A DNA stretch of 64,000 nucleotides from a virus (lineage: Duplodnaviria; Caudoviricetes): positions 54,860 through 118,859 of IMG/VR virus record IMGVR_UViG_3300032038_000022; one strand, written 5' to 3'. Below the pieces are notes generated by a model that saw nothing but the letters and a program-made list of their open reading frames with translations, was not told the DNA's origin and ran no database searches. Positions 59,601 through 64,000 of the stretch are shown in pieces. Each line of letters starts with the position of its first letter. Positions within the stretch are counted from its first letter, which is position 1. A program made the translations under genes and the position numbers.

Positions 59601-61814
59601 TAGTCGAGTATTACTAAGATTATCTACTTCTTTCTCTTCAAGGTCAAGTCTAGTATTACTTAACTTATCAGGTTCAATATTTTCATTATTTACTACTTGT
59701 TCTTTATTATCTTCAAGTCTCTCAATTTCTGAAATATCTTCAACTGATACTAATTTTTTACTAAGTTCCTCTAGTTCAGTAGTACTTTCAGTTATATTTT
59801 CTAGATTTTGGCTTAAATCCTCTATTTCCTTATCACCATCTAGAACTTTAATTGAATTGTCACTAAGTTTATCTACTTCTTTCTCTTCAAGATCAAGTCT
59901 AGTATTACTTAACTTATCAGGTTCAATATTTTCATTATTTACTACCCGTTCTTTATTATCTTTAAGTGCGGATATCTTGTCCCCTGATTCTATAATTTTC
60001 TTAGCTGGTTGATCTGGAAGATTAATATCAACTTGTGGAGTAAGCGTTTCTAAATGATCATTATCTAAAGAATCAATTAACTTTGGATCAATTTTTTCAT
60101 GGGTTGTGCTAAGTTCTGGTGTATCGAGGATTTTTCCTTTGTCTTGAATTTGTTCTAGACTTGAATCAAGATTTTTTATTTCTTTAGTATCAATTCGATC
60201 AACTCTAGACTCTAATTCAGAAACTTCTTTATCCTCTAATTCCTTCTTAATATTAATAGCTTCGCCTGAAAGTTTTATTTTATCATCCTCTGGATCTGGA
60301 TAATCGATAACTTCTTCTTGCTTTGTATTAAGTTCTTGAACTTTATCACTGACTTCAATATTTTCTTTTTCTTGATTAAGTTTTTTCAGCTCAAGTATAT
60401 CTCCATTGATCTTTTCTTTTTTATCTTCTAAAAAGATATTCTTTTTACCTATATCCAAAAGTTCAGGTTCTGAATTTAACTTTTTTATTTCCTTAGCCTG
60501 CCCTATAATATTCTCTTTAGAAGTATTTAATTCATCTTTTCGTATTTTTCCCTGGACAGATTCTATATCTTTCTCCAGTTTTATTTCATCTTCCTCTTTA
60601 GGTTTATTGATAAGTTTCTTAGCTGGCTCTCCAATGATTTCAACCTTCTTAACATCATTAATGTCTTCTCGTTCCTTACTGAGTTTGACGCCTTTCTCAT
60701 CTTTAACCTTGATATCACTTCGAAAGGAAGACAATTCTGTTTTTTCTTTTATACCCAAGTTTTCACGATCCTTACTTAGTTTTTCTAGTTCTATTATATC
60801 TATATTTTCCCTAGTATCACTAAGAGGTTGATCTTTAATCTTACCTGGGATTGTAATATTCTTAGTCTTTTTTAATGTTTCAACTTCTCCGTTTTCATTA
60901 ATTGCTGAAGAAACTGGTTTGTTTTCACCTAAGGACTTAAGCTTTGGTAACTCACCTTCAATATTATTTTTAGGTTTCTTTAAAGATTCGATTTCTTTCT
61001 TCTCACCGCTTAACCAAATCAGTGATCCATTATCACTAGCACCTTTAATTATATTTCCTTCTTGCTGTTTTAATTCATTTTCAGAGAAATTTTTTCCTAT
61101 ATCTAGTAGTTTATTTTGCAAAGCATCAACAGTTTTCTCAACTTTTAATCTTTCTCTTAGATTATAATCAAGTTTCTGTTTTTCATCTATTTCTAGATCA
61201 ACAATAGTATCTTTTCCTCTTTTTAATGATAGATTTTTATCTATTTCTTTTGCAAAATAAACATTTTCTCTTTCCTTTTTTAGGTTGGGATCTTTAATTT
61301 CCCCTATATCTAAACGATCGTTACTGAGACTTGGATCTTTTTGATTATCTATAATTGAGTCTATGTAACCAGATAATGAAGTTTTATCATTTATTTTTAG
61401 ATCTTCTCTCTTAGTTCCTAATGAAGTATTCTTTTCACCTGGTGCAATATTTTCAATATCATCATCAAGAGTAGTTTCCTTTTTATTACCAAGGATAGTT
61501 TCTCTTTGTTTTTCCAGAGTCCCTACATTTTTATTTGTAGTTAATGTTTCTCTACTGTCCTTTAGTTTAGATATAATTCCAGAATTACCTCGGGTATCCA
61601 AGACTTCAACTTTATCACTTAAGGAGGTTATTTCCTTCAACGAACCAGATCTCCATCCTGGAACCCCTAGGTTATCCTTTCCAAGATTGATGCTATCATC
61701 AAGAGCTTGTCTTTTCTTTTTTAAATATTTACTTAAGGCAGATATTTCTTCCGGACTTGTAAATTGATCACAACCTGTTTGTACTTTATTTTCTTTTCTA
61801 ATCTCTGTATCCAT
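56601..61814 (-). CDS. 1737-aa protein: long charged repeat region plus C-terminal globular, possibly tube-fold, domain
   Basis: About 1130 aa of L-S-x-x-R/K-x-D/N-L/I repeats; C-terminal ELRLTIADD..WRTYF..LNLVFSIVGE. Confidence 0.6.
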   Translation of the reverse strand: MDTEIRKENKVQTGCDQFTSPEEISALSKYLKKKRQALDDSINLGKDNLGVPGWRSGSLKEITSLSDKVEVLDTRGNSGIISKLKDSRETLTTNKNVGTLEKQRETILGNKKETTLDDDIENIAPGEKNTSLGTKREDLKINDKTSLSGYIDSIIDNQKDPSLSNDRLDIGEIKDPNLKKERENVYFAKEIDKNLSLKRGKDTIVDLEIDEKQKLDYNLRERLKVEKTVDALQNKLLDIGKNFSENELKQQEGNIIKGASDNGSLIWLSGEKKEIESLKKPKNNIEGELPKLKSLGENKPVSSAINENGEVETLKKTKNITIPGKIKDQPLSDTRENIDIIELEKLSKDRENLGIKEKTELSSFRSDIKVKDEKGVKLSKEREDINDVKKVEIIGEPAKKLINKPKEEDEIKLEKDIESVQGKIRKDELNTSKENIIGQAKEIKKLNSEPELLDIGKKNIFLEDKKEKINGDILELKKLNQEKENIEVSDKVQELNTKQEEVIDYPDPEDDKIKLSGEAINIKKELEDKEVSELESRVDRIDTKEIKNLDSSLEQIQDKGKILDTPELSTTHEKIDPKLIDSLDNDHLETLTPQVDINLPDQPAKKIIESGDKISALKDNKERVVNNENIEPDKLSNTRLDLEEKEVDKLSDNSIKVLDGDKEIEDLSQNLENITESTTELEELSKKLVSVEDISEIERLEDNKEQVVNNENIEPDKLSNTRLDLEEKEVDNLSNTRLDLTTEDVDLSDILLDISPNDIDSLSNKLIDLEVTDKFNFEGEEDTNIDFRGEGLSKERLDLNTEDVDLEDELKPILPDSTTKLNGEGKADHAQFNPDTDSLYDIALAVTETDIYNFEGQVDTNIDFKNEGLSKERLDLTTEDQDSLSDIRKNITPDDLDKINYGSNYKRDEEDDETRDDYKHTGFQDSLSKSREDVESDDTSKTNLSSDGTHAQFDPEKDKLYEENIKTAKDDTTKLNGEGKADHAQFETLENGSLYDTNLGINETDKFNFSDNTEQGSDNENLAWNKELSDNLENASKDDESIDHKQFNPETDTLYRSAEKAKDNDVDKINYGPNHKRDEEDDPTRDDYKHTGFQDSLSKSREDVEEEGDEHRQFDPDSDSLYDLAIQAEEDEKNTAENLKTILNSRNKSLEQYYNNILRFADNKALDKGWASKVKSLMSAYLSGGEVTKARADEFEQQLFKTILGDQGNVQMAEYKLCVSWTNGINASKYLRYVAEQAAGLVKSSSGTWVFGPNPYGKSSVRQILLDTTLMTLVAARRVLEISTKSNRDRLPGKDVGILQDVIAGGGTKELAKKAASKLTKSVINNVASTFGAQQIDTSLPMNRPEKWKDEKGWEYGNNRTNTSRGDKNSKDKNKSNSFSLKKLGNALAAAAGEALLGAHPKKEYDFKSNYMQGWGITTTLQDLAGVKPNDIQSVEDLRTAIKSSPYMNEPTKFTASKQNPGGNLITLDDNTHWEIILEPFCGKENGGYSYLPSLAEINIWNAAHHGVNTGYNKWIPFTGFDLSKSKMSTKSLNLFDGEIVYPISMEFTNELRLTIADDAYKSWRTYFERCSDAAIYSSEPHKIDYYSKESIGFGIGSSLVLFSDIPQTKYPDPAGITAIDKSYVCPALYKNVTFRCIIYSLTPQLSTISKYDLLVVLRDFVEERTGDIDSGGSDLNLVFSIVGENPTTELNTTSSYSAANKKRKAQLKKDKKKDKVKLATSVVSTALSPVLKVVGL
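58501..59128. repeat. In-frame direct repeat of ~118 bp (58501-58618 / 59011-59128)
   Basis: Both copies encode DKINYG.N.KRDEEDD.TRDDYKHTGFQDSLSKSREDVE; offset 510. Confidence 0.85.
58858..59363. repeat. Exact 44-bp in-frame direct repeat (58858-58901 / 59320-59363)
   Basis: TTKLNGEGKADHAQF occurs twice; offset 462. Confidence 0.85.
59613..59962. repeat. In-frame direct repeat of ~100 bp (59613-59713 / 59862-59962)
   Basis: DNKE.VVNNENIEPDKLSNTRLDLEEKEVD.LS occurs twice; offset 249. Confidence 0.85.
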
Positions 61815-62257
61815 TATTCATCTAGTGTTTCAATTATACTCATCAAGGTGTAGTTATAAATTACGTTAGCAGTTTCAGAATAACCCTGTTTTAATACTAC
61901 TTTAAATCTATAAGTTCTCTTGTCTCTCGTATATTGTAGTTCATCACCAACTTCCAACGTACCATCATTAGTAATAACCTCCAGTGTATCTCTATTTCGA
62001 TTCCAAACATCTTTCATTTCGCTAAGATTCACTATTAGTTTTGTTGTAAACTGGTCGTAATCATTCTCTAAAGTACTATCAGAAGAATAAGTGCCTCCAA
62101 ATACATTTTTCCACTTAGAGTTATCCTTTGGTCTAAGAACTACAAAATCTGTACCAGCTAATGCTAACTGGATTTTTATGGCTTGTGCTCCAATAGAATA
62201 GAGTTTATTGGCTTTCTCTAATTGAGAAGACACCATACCTTCCTTATTACTTTCCAT
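61814..62257 (-). CDS. Putative head-tail joining/neck protein
   Basis: 147 aa, beta-rich, LEVGDELQY..YRFKV; upstream of the tail genes. Confidence 0.35.
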   Translation of the reverse strand: MESNKEGMVSSQLEKANKLYSIGAQAIKIQLALAGTDFVVLRPKDNSKWKNVFGGTYSSDSTLENDYDQFTTKLIVNLSEMKDVWNRNRDTLEVITNDGTLEVGDELQYTRDKRTYRFKVVLKQGYSETANVIYNYTLMSIIETLDE

Positions 62258-62623
62258 TTATTCATTAATTAATGAACAGAATCCTTCTTTATCGATAATA
62301 TAAGTAATCAGTTTATATATTTGAGACATTTGAAGTGTTCCGTTCAGTGACATTTCTAAGATATTTCTGTTTACCTGCTCAGTATTAGTTCTTACAAATC
62401 TAGCTTCTTTTCTCAAGAAGTCGTCTATTTCATACTGAGAGTATTCAAGGTTATTTGGGATATAGATTTTTACCTTACTTTGATCTGGTATAATACTAAT
62501 TACATCATTAGGAATTTTATCTACAACCTCATAGTCCTCAAATCCATTCTTATCTAGTTTTTCAATCAGTTTCTCTATCATCTTTCCTGACGAATAAGAA
62601 TAACATTTTTCAACTATAATCAT
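62258..62623 (-). CDS. Hypothetical protein with leader-like N-terminus (MIIVEKCYS)
   Basis: 121-aa ORF with an ATGA overlap. Confidence 0.55.
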   Translation of the reverse strand: MIIVEKCYSYSSGKMIEKLIEKLDKNGFEDYEVVDKIPNDVISIIPDQSKVKIYIPNNLEYSQYEIDDFLRKEARFVRTNTEQVNRNILEMSLNGTLQMSQIYKLITYIIDKEGFCSLINE

Positions 62624-63837
62624 TTTTCAAAAATATTTGGTTTAACTCCAGTACTCATAAACTTCTTAATGATAAATTCAAATTCATTTCTAGTCTTTAT
62701 TGTGTATGTATAAAGAATTACTTTTCCAGTATCTGATTTTATCATTAATTTTTTTATAGCATTATCTATATCTTCTAAATTTTCGCAATCTTTTGAAACT
62801 GAAATTACTAAAAGTCCACTTGCTAATCCTAATTGAATATCACAATCGATATCACCGGTAGAATAATTAAATCCTTCAATATAATGAAGTTTATTTAGCG
62901 TATCCTCTAAGAATTTATTATTAAAACTTTTTCTAGTAATAGCCTTAGGGAAACCAAGTCTAATAAGCTCATCATCTTTGAACTTGTTAGCTACTCCTTC
63001 TATTACAGTTTTAATTGCTTTCAATGCCATTTGTTTTCCGCCTTTTTGAAAAGAAGCAATACCTTTTCCAAGACCTGAAGTTAAAATCTTCATAAGGTCA
63101 TATTTATTAAGATCACTAACACTAAAGGTTTTTATATCTTCTGAAGCTTCTTGTAATCTTGAGGCTACAATTGCATTATTATCTAAGAGGTTAATTTTTG
63201 TTCCTAGTAATTCACTCATTTCCATAATAAAGTTGCAAATCACTTGATAATTTGTAAAAGTAATATCTACTCCATAGGAATAGACCTTAGGATTAATAGC
63301 TCTTGAACTATATTCCATTTTAGCATACTTCTTACAATAATAATCTAATGTTTTATCAACTTTCTCAAACTCTTCTTTGGACATTCCAAACGTATACATT
63401 GTTACAGTATTATCGTGGATTGCAAAATTAAGTTTATATTTGGAAACATCTCTGTCATTAAACTCAAATTTTTCATTTATATTTGCTCTCTTACTTATGC
63501 TATCCCCAATTGTAATACCTTGAATCTGGTAAACACCAAATTGTCTACGAATAGCCTTATCAACTTCTTGATATTTAACTCGATTCATAGGTTTATGAAG
63601 ATAATTTAAGAAAAACTTAGCAACTATACCAGTTAGAGTACCGTATTTGGCACCAGTTATTGCATCATCAAGTACCTGCCTATTTTCGCTAATTCCACCT
63701 ACAATAGCACCTATAGCAGTACCAGCCAGAGCTCCTTTTGTAGCCATTTCTACTACACCTGGAACTTTATCCATATCCTTAGGACCAGTATAATGTCCTT
63801 CAGGAATAGAAAATTCTTTACGTCTAAATACTATCAT
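62620..63837 (-). CDS. Leader-family protein (MIVFRRKEFS) with glycine zipper
   Basis: GALAGTAIGAIVGG and ITGAKYGTLTGIVA; internal IKTFS. Confidence 0.65.
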   Translation of the reverse strand: MIVFRRKEFSIPEGHYTGPKDMDKVPGVVEMATKGALAGTAIGAIVGGISENRQVLDDAITGAKYGTLTGIVAKFFLNYLHKPMNRVKYQEVDKAIRRQFGVYQIQGITIGDSISKRANINEKFEFNDRDVSKYKLNFAIHDNTVTMYTFGMSKEEFEKVDKTLDYYCKKYAKMEYSSRAINPKVYSYGVDITFTNYQVICNFIMEMSELLGTKINLLDNNAIVASRLQEASEDIKTFSVSDLNKYDLMKILTSGLGKGIASFQKGGKQMALKAIKTVIEGVANKFKDDELIRLGFPKAITRKSFNNKFLEDTLNKLHYIEGFNYSTGDIDCDIQLGLASGLLVISVSKDCENLEDIDNAIKKLMIKSDTGKVILYTYTIKTRNEFEFIIKKFMSTGVKPNIFEK

Positions 63838-63842
63838 AAGTT

Positions 63843-64000
63843 TTACCAGCCTCCTGCGCCGGATAATATACTGCCAGCCTTACTTGCGTTAAGGGCGACT
63901 TTATTAACTCCATATTCTAATTTTTGTCCAAACCTACTTGCCCTAGTAGCTCCATTATTCCTCATCATGCTTCTACCTACTTTTTGAACAGGGGCAGGAG
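63843..64000 (-). CDS. C-terminal fragment of a basic Gly/Ala-rich protein
   Basis: Not in the ORF track; open frame PAPVQKVGRSMMRNNG...SILSGAGGW*, ending 5 bp before the next ATG. Confidence 0.55.
   Translation of the reverse strand, partial: PAPVQKVGRSMMRNNGATRASRFGQKLEYGVNKVALNASKAGSILSGAGGW

Noticed and set aside
1929-63987. All plus-strand ORFs in the track (e.g. 4138-4455, 8796-9278, 36806-37318, 59362-60012)
   Set aside because: They are antisense shadows of long minus-strand genes, with no recognisable motifs.
1-64000. Stop-codon reassignment, as seen in some large gut phages
   Set aside because: Genes are long and tightly packed in the standard code, and TAG and TGA serve as genuine stops (e.g. 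49766, 52474, 47472).
1-64000. tRNA, rRNA, integrase, transposase, reverse transcriptase/DGR, introns or inteins
   Set aside because: None recognised by eye; tRNAscan and HMM searches were not run.

Overview
64 kb from a large AT-rich (roughly 30% GC by eye) contractile-tailed (myovirus-type) phage, probably of a Bacteroidota host. The host call is an inference from A-rich leaders lacking Shine-Dalgarno motifs and from Bacteroides-phage-like fibre motifs. All credible genes are on the minus strand and read in the standard code. In transcription order (64000 to 1) the window holds: putative neck genes; a 1737-aa repeat protein; sheath-like and tube genes; an ~8 kb island; a tail chaperone with a likely +1 frameshift; a tape measure protein carrying lysozyme and SGNH domains; a T4-like baseplate; large tail proteins; a holin-like gene; a giant metallophosphoesterase and CotH-kinase-like pair; an amidase endolysin; and tail-fibre genes. 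The island separates the tube from the chaperone and tape measure genes. It contains (i) a run of unrelated small proteins sharing an N-terminal leader M-I-[IV]-L-R-x-K-x-[FY]-S, a candidate capsid-loading or processing signal for injected cargo (ART-like, SUKH-like, Dps-like and glycine-zipper proteins); (ii) an SF2 helicase resembling origin-binding proteins, followed by a highly structured non-coding region with tandem palindromic boxes (candidate origin or mobile module); and (iii) a GMP reductase/IMPDH. All functional calls come from motif recognition by eye; no database searches were run.
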